64,000 bases of DNA from Narcine bancroftii (GCF_036971445.1 NC_091471.1:199454001-199518000), one strand, 5' to 3'; numbered from the stretch's first letter, positions 11,146-25,499 are shown. Program-made: numbers and translations. Notes: generated from the sequence alone by a model not told the origin.

Positions 11146-13379
11146 CCCAGATGAGATTTAACAATGCGATATGAGATATGATGGATTCTGGCATGAATTA
11201 TGAGGAAAGTTAACATATCACTAGAAAATGTAGGAATGGAGAGACGAGGTATGCACAAATCCTAAAACATCATAATGGTAAAGTAACATATCTGGGACTT
11301 TAGACCTTGCTCACAAAGTCATGAAACACAAAAGGAAGGAAGGTGATGATTCTCCAACATATCGCACAGATTTGGCTATAACTAGTGCACTGCACTCAGT
11401 GTTGGGCTTTAGGAGGGGAAGAACTGAACTTTGAAAATATTTAACAGAATGGCCTCAGGGATACAAGTATAATTAAATGGAGAATTGGCACTCAGGACAG
11501 GGAGAACTGGAAGTGTTTACAACTGTGATGATTTGAATTAGAAACTTCTTTCCTTTATAGAAATAGGGATCAGTGATAGGTGAGAGGGAAACCCGTTTCA
11601 CACAACATGTAATAATGTTCTAGAATTTACTGCCTTACAAGGTGTTTTTGCTGTCATTCAGAATTTGCATGCATGGAACACCAGACCATGCCACATTGTT
11701 CACAATTCCTGTTCAGTTATCCAAGTGCTTTAATAATTTAAAATATTTTAAGTGTATAATTAATCTTTAATAATATCGAACATTCTTTATGTCAGTAACA
11801 TTAAATTTAGCAGACATCTTTGAAAGCCAGTTAAGTCCAGGAGTACAGATTAGTCAGCTGTCATGCACATTCCTACAGATGGGGCTTATTTCCTGCCAGA
11901 AGGCCTTGCCACACACAAGTCTCCGCTAATGAACTGAAATCATAATTGTGGTCGAGACAGCTCATCATTCCCAAAAAAGTTCATTTCAATAACTTTCAAT
12001 TTGAAAACTGTAAGCTCCAGAAGCAGTTCCAAAGTACTTTGGGGTAAGTCAGACTATTATGCCATTGGAATACTTGAACATCTGATTAACTCAGAGATCC
12101 AAATCACTTCCTAACATGCTTTCAGTGGATTCCTTCCTCTAAACAGACTACACACCCATAAAAGAAAACTGTTTTAATCTACTTTAAAAATTGTTGCATT
12201 AAATATAATAGAATATTGCTATGAAATAAAGTATTCAACATCAAAGGGCCAAAGAACAGACTGAGGACTGAAGAAAAACGGTAGCTCGAAGAGACCTTCC
12301 ACATCACACAATTCACAATAGTGAATGTACCTTCAATATTACATTGGATACCCTAAAACAGGTCTCATGGTCCAACAGCAAGCTAGATACAAAACTGTCC
12401 GAGCTCATTTGGACTGGTGATGTTCAAGACAAGCTTAAAACAAATCCCTGTACCCTTTACTTGTTTGCATCTGCGCAAACTGTAAATTTGAGATGGCTGG
12501 CCAGCATGATCATTGAACATGCAAATATCAAAGTGCACCAAGACATTGGGATTTCAGTGCATTGAAATGGCATTCTCAGGGATATTATGCAATGAATCAG
12601 TAGAGAAGCTTCATCAGTCTTTAACTGGATGATGACATCATGTGATGATACAAAGTAATTCTACAATGATACCTCTCACCAATAAAACATTGGGCTGCAG
12701 TGGTGTCATGCAAGACACTGAAGTTAGAAACTTAAACAATTGTGCCTTCTCTATCTGCTTGAGGGGAAATTGAACCACCTTGGTGAATGATCAGGCAACT
12801 GTTCTGGATGGACTACAATAAAGTCACATTGGACACTAATTGGTGTGAAAAGACATACAATTATTTCATGCTTATTTCTGATGATATGTAGTTTTTTTTT
12901 GTTCTGGCATTTAGGATAGATCAGTTAATTAGAAGTGATTTTCTAACCTCTTATTCCTCATTAGTAATAACTGGTTCTACTTAATCAATGAGATTCATCA
13001 TTAAATAAACTGTTTTCACAGACTTGATGAATAATGAACAAAAAGGAGTAAAAACTGACCTTTCTTTGTTCCATTTGTGAAGTTATGATCACCAAAAACT
13101 TTAAATGTGAATGACTATTGACAGCCTATCAATGAGATCATCAATTTTGATGATTCAAAAACATGCCGTTTAAATAATGAATAGTTTACTAAGGTGGTTG
13201 TAGTTTACTTCTAGTTCTTTTGAGATGCAAGATCAAAAGTCAAGTACATTCTGTAAAGGAGGAAATAGTGAAAACTAAAATGTACTCCAACAGGCTGAGA
13301 TCAGCTGGAAAAATCCAGATTGGAAGGTTTTTCTGTCCCATGAATGAGAAGCTAAGCTACATGAAAGCAAAGCATTTTT

Positions 13380-13621
13380 TATTTATTTAGACATACAGCA
13401 CAGTAACGAGCCATTTTGGCTCACGTGTCTCTGCAGCTCAGTTTACACCCCATAAACCTACACCCTTGCAACTTTTTGAAGGGTGGGAGGAAACCACAGC
13501 CACTGGAGAAAACCCACACAGACAAATCAAAAACATACAAACTCCTTAAAGACAGCATGAGATTCGAACATCGGTCTGATCGCTGGCATTGTGCTAACCA
13601 CTTCGCCATCTGTGCCACCCT
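13380..13621 (-). mobile_element. tRNA-derived SINE (V-SINE/HE1-like)
   Basis: Reverse complement of the family at 44594, 59075 and 59487 (B-box-like GTTCGAATC, core ctgtctgtaaggagtttgta...gggttttc, tail gctgtatgtctaaat). Confidence 0.75.
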
Positions 13622-13839
13622 TTAAGTAAATTTGAGGCAAATCACTGCATCTGAGAGACAGTTGATTGATTGCCTAGTTAAGATCAAGAACTATTGGGAA
13701 CAGGAGTTGAATATTTCATTCTCTGATCAGGTTTGGGACTCTTTGTAATCTGATTATACTTCTTCCCTTTGTGCACAGCATTGCTTATTGCAATTTATAG
13801 TAGTACATAGGTCTAAAATTATCTTGCTTTTATTCAGAT

Positions 13840-14565
13840 ATAAATCTTCTATGTGACAAATGTAAAATTGCTGAGGCTTCTTGAATTCACATGTTCTGGA
13901 CTTGCCAGAGTCTAGAAAAATGTGGAAAGACATCTTTCAAATTTTATCTGTGATTCTCAAGGTCAAATTACAACCTTGGCCTTTAATTTCTTTATTCAGA
14001 TCATTTCAAGAAGATGACGTTTTACTGACTCCAACTCAAATCCAAATTTCATCTTTTACTTAATTGAAAGCCATATGTGCAATTTTGATTAAAGACATTA
14101 CTCCCCCTACACATGCACAATGGTTAAACGATATCATGTCTTATCCAAGTCCAGAAAAATATAAAAAATGTAAGTATTAACTTCCAAAAGATTTATCATA
14201 ACCTAAAGCATCAGCATCTTAGATGTTCTGATGCCGTGCTGTCTGGTTCCAGGTTGGTGTGGCTTGATTCCCAAGTTTCTTTTCTTAACCTTTAGTTGTC
14301 AAGACTTTCTTTTTTGTTTGGAATTTTATTTTTTTTTATTTCTTTTGATTTTGATAATAATAGATAACTGTTTTGTTCAACTGTGAATAATGTAAACTTA
14401 GATAAAATTATTATAGAAGAGAAGGAAAATGATTGGGCTCTGTGCTTTGATTTTCTTATTATGACAATATTGCATATATTTTTTCTTTTTAAAAATCTTA
14501 TAGCTCATTGTATAATTGTACTGTTCAAGTGTTTATACTGTAAGACACCAATAAAAATATTTTTA
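13840..14565 (+). mobile_element. Decayed L1/Tx1-like 3' fragment
   Basis: CDKCK...HMFWTC (tgtgacaaatgtaaa...cacatgttctggacttgc) is the C-terminal Zn-knuckle region. It ends at caataaaaatatttttaaaa. Confidence 0.6.
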
Positions 14566-14589
14566 AAAGATTGATTACCTAATGACCAT

Positions 14590-15066
14590 CCTGACAATGC
14601 TTCTTTCCCTCAGACCTTCAGAAACCTTTTCCTGCTTCCTTGAACTGACAACCATACAATTCCCAACACCTTTCTGCCCATCTGAACTTGTTCAGATATT
14701 GATCAAACTTTCCTTTAACTCAGCCCAATTCGTTCAAACAATAGGTATGCTATTGAGAAGCACATTGACCCTTGCTGTGTATGTGTTTCCTGGAATATAT
14801 GGAATGTTTCAGTCTTACTCAGTTACCTTGCTCACATTTGTTTCAGGTTCAAGTATGATTGTGTCAACAGTAAGTGCAGTCCCAGCCTTCTCCGACACAT
14901 TTCACCAATTAGGTTTCCAATTGCCACTCAATGTTCAACCTCATACAGAGCAGCTCTTCCTCAATTTCTTCATCTCCATTTCTGCAGGAAAGCAGATGAT
15001 AATATGCCAACTAAATACACCCTCCCACATCTTTCAGGGCTCCTTTCCACCATCTCTATTCGAGCT
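14590..15066 (+). mobile_element. Decayed Penelope-like RT fragment (continues after the solo LTR)
   Basis: Weak similarity to 21640-22433 (caaacaataggtatgctat..., cagctcttcctcaatttctt...tctccatttctg). Confidence 0.45.
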
Positions 15067-15414
15067 TGTAGCAGCCAGACACAGCTAACAGTCGTCGAAC
15101 CAGATAATCGGGTTGACAGCACACGGGATGAAACACCCGCTGCCATAGGCCGCAGGAATAGCAGTCGAATCAACCAATCACCACCAGTAGATTGCAGGGG
15201 GTTGAATCTGGGCCCGCGCATCTGGGACAGCCAATCAGCAGCCAACCTCGCTCAAGCCACACTCCAGTGGTGACATGACTGGCTGCCTATAAAAGGCAAA
15301 GCTGCAGCCCAGTTAAGTCAGTGTCATTTATACTTCCTTGGTGTGTGAGTCCTCTTTCAACCTCAAGCTAGAACCCATTATAACTCAAGATATAACTATA
15401 GTGGCCCTGCTACA
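15067..15414 (+). mobile_element. Solo LTR (348 bp)
   Basis: Inverted termini TGTAGCAG...CTGCTACA, 4-bp TSD AGCT (15063-15066 and 15415-15418), CCAAT boxes (aaccaatca, agccaatca) and TATAAAA at 15288. Confidence 0.85.
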
Positions 15415-16908
15415 AGCTATCTCAGTGATTCCATTTTCCACACAATTCATCCAGTAGAAAATCATTTCCTATTACTTCATTTGAGGATTCACTTCATTAT
15501 GGTTGACGGAGCCTTCAAGTAAGCCCCATCCATTTCCTCCACACCTTCTCCATCTCAATTCCTGCACAATTGTGTTCCACAATTTCCACCACTCCATATT
15601 CATCATTCACTTTATCACTTCTCCAATCGCCAGCATCATGACAACACATCAACCCCTTCCCTTTCAGAATTCCAAACAGCCTGTTGAACCCACATCACCG
15701 CAGTCCACTCACACACACCTCAGCTCCCTCCCCAAAGCTCCATTTTTTTTGAGGATTTGTGCTTTCATTTCCTTCAATGGCTGAAGAATTTCTTCTTGAT
15801 GAAGCAGCATTGCATTTACATCTTTCCCCCACCACCCCCCCCCCCCCAATTGAGTGGATTTAACTCACTGTTCATAATACTTTCTTCGGCTTTGTAGAAC
15901 ACCCTTGTTCAATCTGAAAGCATAACTCCAAATTTCTGGTCATGTGCTATTTATATTCTCTGCCTCACTCCTACTCTAATTTCCCCATCTTCAACCATGA
16001 ATACTGTTCAAATTCTCAGATGAAGCTCTTAAGGAATAATACAAAATCTCTTACAAATGTCAAATTCAAATTTATGTTCAATGTTACATGTAGATTCCAT
16101 GCAGCATCTGGCTTGACCAGTAAGCAACTAATCAGTCCTCCAGTAATGTGTGCATGTGTTCGAGTGCGCTTGAATGCATGTTTATATGTGTGTGAGCTGT
16201 GAATACATGCACCTGTGTATATGTATGGAGGTTTAATTTGAGCATTTATACAAATACTTGGATGTATACATGAACATACAACTGAAGTATACATTTCTGT
16301 TATGCTTTCAGAATGCTTTGCATACATGTAGAGGAGGGTGATACATTGTGCTTCCATGTGTATGTTTGCATTTCTTCAAGGAAAATATTAAAATTATTTT
16401 ACTCTGCAGTGATGGTTCTGGAATAACAAGATAATTTAATCCTGGTATCTCATGCATTCTGATTCAAGTCATTCCACTAGTGGTTGTTGCGACTCCAATG
16501 GGTTTCGTCCCAAATTCCAAAATACACTCCATAAACCTTTCCTTCTTTGTTGCTCCCGAATTGCACCCATAGACAAAATGTAAGGCAGCATGCTGTACAG
16601 GTAACATAAGTTGATACAAATTCATTTTCATTAATGCATACATCCTATGGTCCAATGTATTGGTTATAACTAACTCTTCAGTATTTGCAATTCTGTTAAG
16701 CTATAAAATATGGCTTAACATGCAAAATTACAAAAATGAACCATTACTTTCATGCACTACTTTCCAGTTAATTAACCTTCACATTTTAATGGCCGAGGTT
16801 TTGATCTCCCTGTTCATCTCTGAAACCTGCTGAAATCAGCGAGCAAGAATGACATTCATTTATTTCACTTGAAAGAAAAAATTATAACCTTGCAATTTAT
16901 TGTTTTCA

Positions 16909-17211
<303 letters not shown>

Positions 17212-18308
17212 TCAACATCACCGAGTTTTATCTGCTGTAACCAGTTAACAAACTTGCATAATTATGTTCTTGCGTAAATTTATTTCAACCCGAAAGAAAT
17301 TACCATTGGTTCCTTTTTTTTTTAAATGAGATAACAATATTATGATATATTTCTGCAAATTGCAGCTTTTTTATTGAAGGTCAAAGCCAAAGGTATGAGG
17401 GGAGAGATTCATCTTCAGTTGCTGGCAGCTAAATGGACCGTCAGTACCAGTGACCAGATGGCCTCAGCTCCACAACATTTGATTGCATTATCGTCAAAGT
17501 GACTTCATGAGCAAAGCCCAAAAGACATTTGGTGGTTGTGATCTATGATGAATTTCTCCCCTGAGAAGTTGAAGAGACTCCATGCTGTCGTTGTGGCTCC
17601 AGAAAGCAGCAGTTTTCAATGAGGCTGATGTTGATACTTGGTTGTTGCACACATCATTTCTCTCATTTAGGTAAGAGAATTGTTTTTCAATTTTCTTTTG
17701 GCATGGTGAGGTTGGTCATTCAGCTTATTGAGTCCATAAACACCAGTCATCCCCATTCCCCAACTCATTTCCCTGTAAACTACAGTAGTGGTTCTTGCAT
17801 GTCCACAAACTCCTCCATCCCCCATCTCTCCTCTGATTTTTTTTACCACCCACTTCTAACTGGATTAATTTAGAGTTTCAATCTACCTTCTGCCATGTCT
17901 GAGATTTGACTGGAAACAGGATCATCCCAGTGATCTCCACATGGTCACAAGGAAAATGTACAAATGCCACAGTGTGGGAGCAGCACTTACAGCTGCTGAA
18001 CACCCTGGTGAAAGCAGTTTGTGGCTGACACCACCACCCCACACCTCTGCATCTCTTCCAGCTGTTTATCCTGCTGTTGTATGTGTCTTCTCACACCACA
18101 AACATGTCATACTGCAAGGGGTGTACCACTGAGGGGAATGAATATTGCTAGTAGAATTCTTGAAGACAATGTGAATTGCAACATGGAACTATTGGTTTTC
18201 TCTCTGTATCCATTTGGATACATCAAAGTAGAAATAAAACTCACCAAAACAGATACCAAGAAATCAAAATTTTACACCAAAACAATTGTGCAAATGAATT
18301 CTATAAGC

Positions 18309-19594
18309 CAGGGCTTCCCAAACTTTTTGTTCACAGAAACCTTCAAGGGAGCCCTTGGAAATAGAGAAACCCCATAGTTACGAAACGGAAGCAGAATGGC
18401 TTGAAGGGTTAAAAAAAAAAACCAGGATGTTTAAAATTAATGAAAAAAGGTTAGTTGTGAATTGTGCATCCTCCGAGAAAACTTAGTTGCCAAGAAAATT
18501 TCCCCTGTTCAACAGGAGATACTGCATTCTGTGATCAAGTGTATCAATGCCATGAAAGCTGATGGCCAATGTGAATTTCTTTTTAAGCAGTTTTGTGTCG
18601 ATAATAATGCAGAACATGTGAGATTATTGCTTCACACTGAAGTAAGGTGGTTGTCAAAGGGAAACTGCTTCAAAAAGGTTTATGGAACTGTTTGATCTCC
18701 TCAGCGAGTTTTTGACATGCCTGAAGTGAAGCTCTTGCTAACAACAGATGCCAAAGCTTATGTGAGTTACTTGATGAACATTTTTTGAGAAACAAGTACA
18801 TTGAACAAGCAACTCCAAGTAGTAAAAATAATGCAAAAACAAAGATATTTGGATTCATGACACTTCTAGAATTTTGCTATAAATTTCTGCAATAAATTTC
18901 AGTCAGTTCTATTGGTTGAATAAGTGTGAGGTAACTAATGCTGCTACAAATGTCATTATTGACCATTTGGTTACTGACTTCATTAATAGATTTTGTGATT
19001 TTCCCTCTTGGTTAACTCACCCATTGGTGGTGGACTTGTCTGAAGTTCCAGCGCAATACCAAAAAGAGTTATCGAAGTTGCAACATAATGAATCTTTGAA
19101 AACTCTTTTCAAAGTGAAAGAAACCATGATGTGGCTGTCTAATGAGATTGAAAAGAAATACCCAAACTCGACTACATTAGCAAGGGAACTATTGATACAT
19201 GTTCCATCATCTTAAGTAGAATCTGGCTTCTAATTAGTGATTTGTTACAAGAGAAAGCGACTGGAAATTACAAAAAGTGGAGATTTAAAGTTGAAACTAA
19301 CAAAATTAGTCCCTCGAATCAAAATAATCTAGAGCCAGCGTCAGGGGGAAGGTTTCCGCTGAAGTGATGAGAATTGTTGAATGTGTGTTTGAGAAGGTTG
19401 ACGTATTGAAGAAGTATTTGAATACAAAATGTGTTTCAGTGTATTCTTGACCTTAGTTGCATTAGAATACACTTCCAGAAATGAGGTAATTAAAATTTCT
19501 TAAATACACAACTTTTTTTCTGCTTATAATGGGCTGTACAATTTTTTGAAAAATTAAATTGTGCCTAGGGCAAAAAAAAGGTTGAGATCCACTG
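18309..19594 (+). mobile_element. hAT (Buster/Charlie-type) DNA transposon, internally deleted, with decayed transposase
   Basis: Imperfect TIRs CAGGGCTTCCCAAACTTTT / AAAAGGTTGAGATCCACTG. Flanks ctaTAagc / ctcTAttc. Peptides CILRENLVAKKIS...LLLHTEVRWLSKG and YPNSTTLARELLI.VPSS (hAT dimerisation region). Confidence 0.88.
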
Positions 19595-21039
19595 CTCTAT
19601 TCCCTGCATGTTCATGTTTCTATCCAGAAGACTTTTTGCTACTTTTGTATCTTTGACACCATAATGCAACAAAGTTCAATTGATGTAATTTTCATGGTTT
19701 TGTATTTATCCTACAGTTGTTCCTCATGGAATGACCATCAATATACCTCAATGACTTAGTTTTAACACTATTTATGTTTTCCTCTTTTTGCCATATTCCT
19801 CAAAATATAATTGTAATTTTCAATATCTATCCTGACAAAGCCATTTATCATTCAAGAGACTTCAAATGAACAACTCCTTGACAAAATAAACAATGAAATA
19901 TCAGCCAGGTTTATACAGTCTTCCATTCATGTTAATCCTCAAGGATCCTGTAAAATTCTGTTAACCCTGCTCATGACCTTGTCCACACTCCATACATCTT
20001 CCCTGAACCACATGCTTATAACTATCATTTGCTATGAAACTGCATGCAAAAGGAAACCCACTGAAATGTATAAACACTGACAATGGTGTGTTTTATAAGT
20101 TTCCTTGGAGCTCATTAAATTACAAAATGATTACATGAATTACTCAATTTTCTGTTCAATGGTGAGCAGTTAGACAAATCTCATCTTTGATATGAAAATT
20201 AAGTTGGACCTTCCGAAATAAGAGCTACAAATGTACATCAAATTTCTAAGAATTATGAATCAGAATCAAATTATTACTATTAATTATGAATTCATTTGAT
20301 GAATCTAATATTCTGCATGTATGGGAATGTCTAAACAAAATTTGAGGATCCACATGTTCTGATCTACCAATCAAGAATAAATCATTAATGACACTCAGAA
20401 TATGACCATATTGATGCACAGACATACATGAGCTTTCTGCTTACTTCAACATGTGCAACTTAAAGTACATTTCCATCCTCTATTTTGTGTAGTGACCAAG
20501 CCACTTTTTTGGACATTGTCAGTGCCGCAGAATGCAATTAGTTCAAGGCTCAGAAACTCATTTTTGGCTATTAATTTCTGAGTCTACTACAATTAATGAC
20601 CATCTGCCTGTTCAGATTTTTGATCTGAGAAAGCCAATAACCATTCCATTGAAAAGGTGATAGTTTTGAGCAGATATTTCATCACATCTCGACAGAACAT
20701 CCATAAGATATGGTGAAGAATCACTGCTGGCAAAGCGGAAATCCTAAGATGATAAAAGGACATTAGTAGGTCTCTGTTGGGAATGTCAAACTCTATTGGA
20801 ATCTGTGGAGATGTGGTAAGAAGAGCATCAACATTTTTCAATGGTAAGGCAAATTTATGTCTCAAACCATTAATAACAAACAGCTGAAAAATATAAATAT
20901 GCTTTATAACAGTATTAAGACCAAAAATTAAAGACATATTGAAATTAAAGTCTGTGGTATCTCACTAACTTTGCCTAATTGTGCATGCAGTTCTGGAGCC
21001 TGAAAACTTTCTTACAAGATACTTTCAACAGTTCTGCAG

Positions 21040-22433
21040 CTGATCCCATTGCTCATGAACACAGATACTGTCCCATTCTAATCTGCAGCAGTGGTGGTGG
21101 TGCTATGGTCTCGCGCAATGACCTCTACCTTGCTGATGACAGCTCTAAAAACACCTCCAACCTGCCCCTTCCATAGGACCCCACCACTACTCAACAAGCC
21201 ACTGCCTCAACACCATCTCCAACCTCATCACCTCTCTCCCACGGCCTCCAACATTTTTTTTGGAATATTTTATTTAATCAATATATACAAGATCATAATA
21301 AAGAAACAAAAATAAGTCACCATAATACAATGTTAACAAATATATGCTGAAAATATTTTAAAAACTAACTAAACAATTAAAAAACCCTAAATCCTCCCTT
21401 CCCCCCAAAAAACCTAATCTAATCCCATAACTAAGATACATAATATCATTACTGCATAATAATTATTTTGGATTGTATCAGATGACACTGAAGGATCCAA
21501 AAAATATCATAAAATTGTTATTTTTCAGGGAAAACTTAACTGGTTAGGAGAATTTTTTAAAAATTATAATTTTAACCTCATCATTCTAGCATACAGGCTA
21601 GAAATTATTAGAAACAAGGAAATGTACCCATCAAATTGTAAGTAATTTGTTTTTCTAAAGGAATACACGGCTTCCAACATTCTTGTCTCCCATCCTTGCA
21701 CTGGCCGTTTCTACCTTTTAACCAAGATACACAAACCCAACCATCCAGGTAGACCCATTGTTTCTGCTTGCTCTTGTCCCACCAAACGAGCTTCATCTTA
21801 CCTTGACACTATCTTTTCTCCCCCGGTCCCCACCTACATCCGCGACACTTCACATGCCCTGCATCACATTCCTAAACTGGATTGCCTAATTTTCACAATG
21901 GATGTCCAATCTCTTTATACCAGTCACCCTCCTTTGCCTGGTAGAACTCATCTCCCGCTAAACAACTTCTCATTTGAACATCCATAACATCATCTCATTT
22001 TCTCCAAATCAAAGGAGTAGCCATGGATACCTGCATGTGTCCCAACTACATCTACCTGTTTGTAGGCTTTATGGAGCAATCCATGCTGCAAATCTACACC
22101 GGCAATGCCCCCAACTCTTCCTCCATTATATTCACAACTACATCAGGGCTGCCTCATGCACCCATAATGAATTCATGAACTTCATTCAATTTGTGGCCAA
22201 CTTCCACTCCGATCTCAAACTCACCTGGTCCATCTTCAACAACATTCTCCCCTTCCTGGATCTCCCTGTCTCCATCCCAAGAGACAAGCTTTCCACTAAA
22301 ATACTACAAACCCACCAATTCCCACAACTACATCTACAATTCCTCACACCCATCCCCCTGCAAGGATTCCCTCCCTTTCTCAATTTCTCCATCTCTGCTG
22401 CATTTGTTCCCAAGATAAGGTCTTACAGTCCAG
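21040..22433 (+). mobile_element. Penelope-like element RT fragment, interrupted at ~21254-21640 by an AT-rich minus-strand L1-like 3' piece
   Basis: Remnant motifs LIFTMDVQSLYT (ttcacaatggatgtccaatctctttatacc), LQIKGVAMDT, LPFLDL and YYKPTNSHNY. Confidence 0.7.
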
Positions 22434-25226
22434 TGCAGGGAACTGGATTCAATGGTAGGGTGTCATGCTGATGGCTGGCCCCACTTCTGCCCCCATCTGC
22501 TCACTTGTAACCCTGGTTTCCTGCCTATACCTAGAACCCCTCTGAAGACTCCTGTGAGACCCTACCCTTAGTTATAAGCTAATAAAAGCATTTGTACTCA
22601 CTCCAATCATGAGAACTTTTATTCAGCTACAAGTTTATTAGCTTATTCCCTAATGATGGAACTGCTACTCAAACCTGGTATGCTACTGATAGACCCTCTG
22701 TCCCCCGACACAACTAAGGATTTCACATACTGGCTAGACTGCTTCCAGGCCTACATGAATGTGACCAGAGAAGTCTTCCACACCGATGAACTCAGGAGGT
22801 CTGCACACGTTTCGAGGGTACGAACGAAAGGTATGCAGTCATCAGGGACTGCACTACATTGAAATCTTGGTACCTGAAGTCACAGAACAAGGTCTTAACA
22901 AGGCACCGACTTACTCTATGTTGCTAGCGGCCAAGAGAGACCATCGATGACTACCTGCTGGATCTGTGGATACTTGTCAAGAAGTGCAGGTATGAAGCAA
23001 CTGCAGGCCATGTTCGTGAGGAAGAACAGATCCGGAAACTCTAGTTGTGGGGGTCCACTCAAGGTACGAGGCAGTGACTACTTGAATTGGGTAAGAAGGA
23101 CCTGGCTAGCCATGATGAACAGGCAAAAAAAAAAAACAAACCTGGAACAGGCCAAGCTAGAGAACGACAACCTCAAAATCAACGAGCTCGTTCACCCAGG
23201 TGACCGCTTCCAATGACCAGCTGTTCCCACTACCCCAGCCCTAATAGCTATTGCCTCCCATGCCAGGGAGTGCTTTTTCTGCACAAAAGCCAGCATCCCC
23301 AATCTTGTTGCCAGGCAACATCTTGTGTTCCAGCTTCGGCAAGAAATGGCATCGGGCAAGGGTTTGTTGCACAAGGGGAAGTCTGCGGCCTGCACAGCTC
23401 CTGGATCTGATTCCAGCCCCAAGCCGTCTGCCCTGAATTCACCCAAAACCACTTGCTGCGCGACTCACCAACAGAAGGTGGCAGTGAGGAAATGGCATGA
23501 AAAGGCTCAGTGGCCATCTTGATGCAACCCAAATTCAAACTCGGTGCCATCATCGTCGGAGGGAGGAGGGCGGCTATCTTGCTGTGCCACGAGGTCGAGG
23601 CCATTTTACCCATGCAGGGCAACCCACGACAGTGGGGCTCACTCGAGTCAGGAGCATGGAGTCTCCAAGGACCTAACCTTGATGGTCTTAGCTCAGGACA
23701 GATCTCACCAGCTCAGCAACTCCATAGTGGCTGTGAAGGTAAATGGACACTCCACTAAATCCCTAAGTGACACGGGCTCAACTGAATGCTTCATAGACTC
23801 ACTGACTGTGCGAAAGCCCAAAACCTCACTTGTAACTCTGACAAGTGTGTGTTCAGGACTAAATGTCTGGCTATCCTTGTCTATATGCTGGAAAATGGCA
23901 TAATTGGCCCCGATCCAGAAAGGATGTGTCCCCTGTTTGAGCTCCCCATTCCCAGCACCACAAAGGCTTTGAGGAGATGCCTGGGGCTTTTCCTCATATT
24001 ACACCCAGTGGATCCCTCAATACACTAATAAGGTTCGCCCTCTCTTAAAATCTACTAACTTCCCCCCTCTCAGCTGAAACCCAAACAGCTTTTAACTACC
24101 TACGGAACCACATTGCGAAAGTCGCTATGCACGCAGTGGACGAGAAAGTACTTTTCCCAAGTGGAAAGCAACACCTCAGACATAGCCCTGGCCGCTACCC
24201 TCAGACAGGCAGGCTGGTTGCATTTTTTTTCCCTGCGAATATTAAAAGGCCACGATCTCCAGAACCCATCTGTGGAAAAGGAGTCTCGAGCCATTGTAGA
24301 AGCCATGAGGCACTGGAGACACTACCTGGCTGGTAGAAGATTTACACTCCTTACTGACCAACACTAGGTCACATTCATATTCAGTAACATCAAGAGGAGC
24401 TCCACCTACAATTATGACATTGCCTCTCAGCCAGGAGCCCTTATGACCCTCCAGATGCCTTAACCAGAGGAAGCTGTGCCTCTGCACACATTGGCCAACC
24501 GTGGTCTATGCATAATGATCCTTGCCATCCAGGGGTCACCCACATGGCTTATTTTGTCAAGACATGCAATCTGCCCTACTCCATGGAGAATGTCAAGGAA
24601 ATGACCAGGTCTTGCCAGGTCTGTGCAGAGGGCAAGCTGCTCTTCTAACACCCCACAAAGCCACACCTGATCAAGTTATCCAGGCCCTTCGAATGGCTCA
24701 GTGTTGATTTTAAGGGACCTCTCCCCTCCACAAATGGGAACACCTTCTTCCTCTCTGTCATTGATGACTACTCCCACTTCCTGTTTGCCATTCTACGTCC
24801 AGACTTGTCCACTTAATCTGTCTTTAAGGCACTAGACTGAATTTTCGCTCTGTTTAGGTATCTCAGCTTTATTCATAGCGATCGAGGCTCAGCCTTTATG
24901 AGTGAAGAGCTACGTTAATACCTGCTGGTAAGGGACATTGCATCCAGCAGGACTATTAGCTACAACCCCCGGGGAAATGGGCAGGTTAAAAATGAGAACA
25001 CCATGGTCTGGAAGGCTGTCAAACTGGCCCTAAAGACAAAAGGCCTTCCAGACTCACGCTGGCAGGAAGTCCTCCCTATGGCGCTCCATTCCATCCAGTC
25101 ACTACTATGTACCGTGACCAATGCTGCCCCTCATGAGCTCCTATTCAATTTTGAGAGAAGGTTGGCATCGGGAACTACACTCCCTATCTGGCTCACCACT
25201 CCTGGTCCAGTCCTTCTCAGGAAGCT
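22434..25226 (+). mobile_element. Ty3/Gypsy element B: 5' LTR plus deleted internal region, 3'-truncated
   Basis: Putative LTR ~22434-22631 ending CTACA. Gag MELLLKP..L.IDP.SP..TKDFTYWLDCFQAY is homologous to element A gag. Protease DTGSTECFID, RNase H (SNTSDIALAATL, WRHYLAGRRFTLLTD) and integrase (VDFKGPLP, GNGQV, VWKAVKLAL). No 3' LTR found, so the LTR start is approximate. Confidence 0.88.
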
Positions 25227-25499
25227 TCTTTAAACTTGTTTTCTAACACAACCAATCCATTCACACAAAAACACTTACAAATAGAGACACAGCTAAGAAC
25301 TCCATTCACTTCTCCAATTAGAAATTACGATTTGAAACTTCGAGTCAATGTTTGATGGCACATGTTGGTTAACAACAAATTTCACCACAATTTAGTTTCT
25401 TTAGGTTCTAATGCAAACTGCAGATTTTCATTGTTAATGTTTGGACTTCCAATCAATCTATTAAAAAAATATTTTAAAATTTAAATTAAAAATGAATTT

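Noticed and set aside
18462-19215. Domesticated ZBED/SCAND3-like host gene
   Set aside because: It has stops and frameshifts, lacks the N-terminus and is still bounded by TIRs, so it is a dead transposon.
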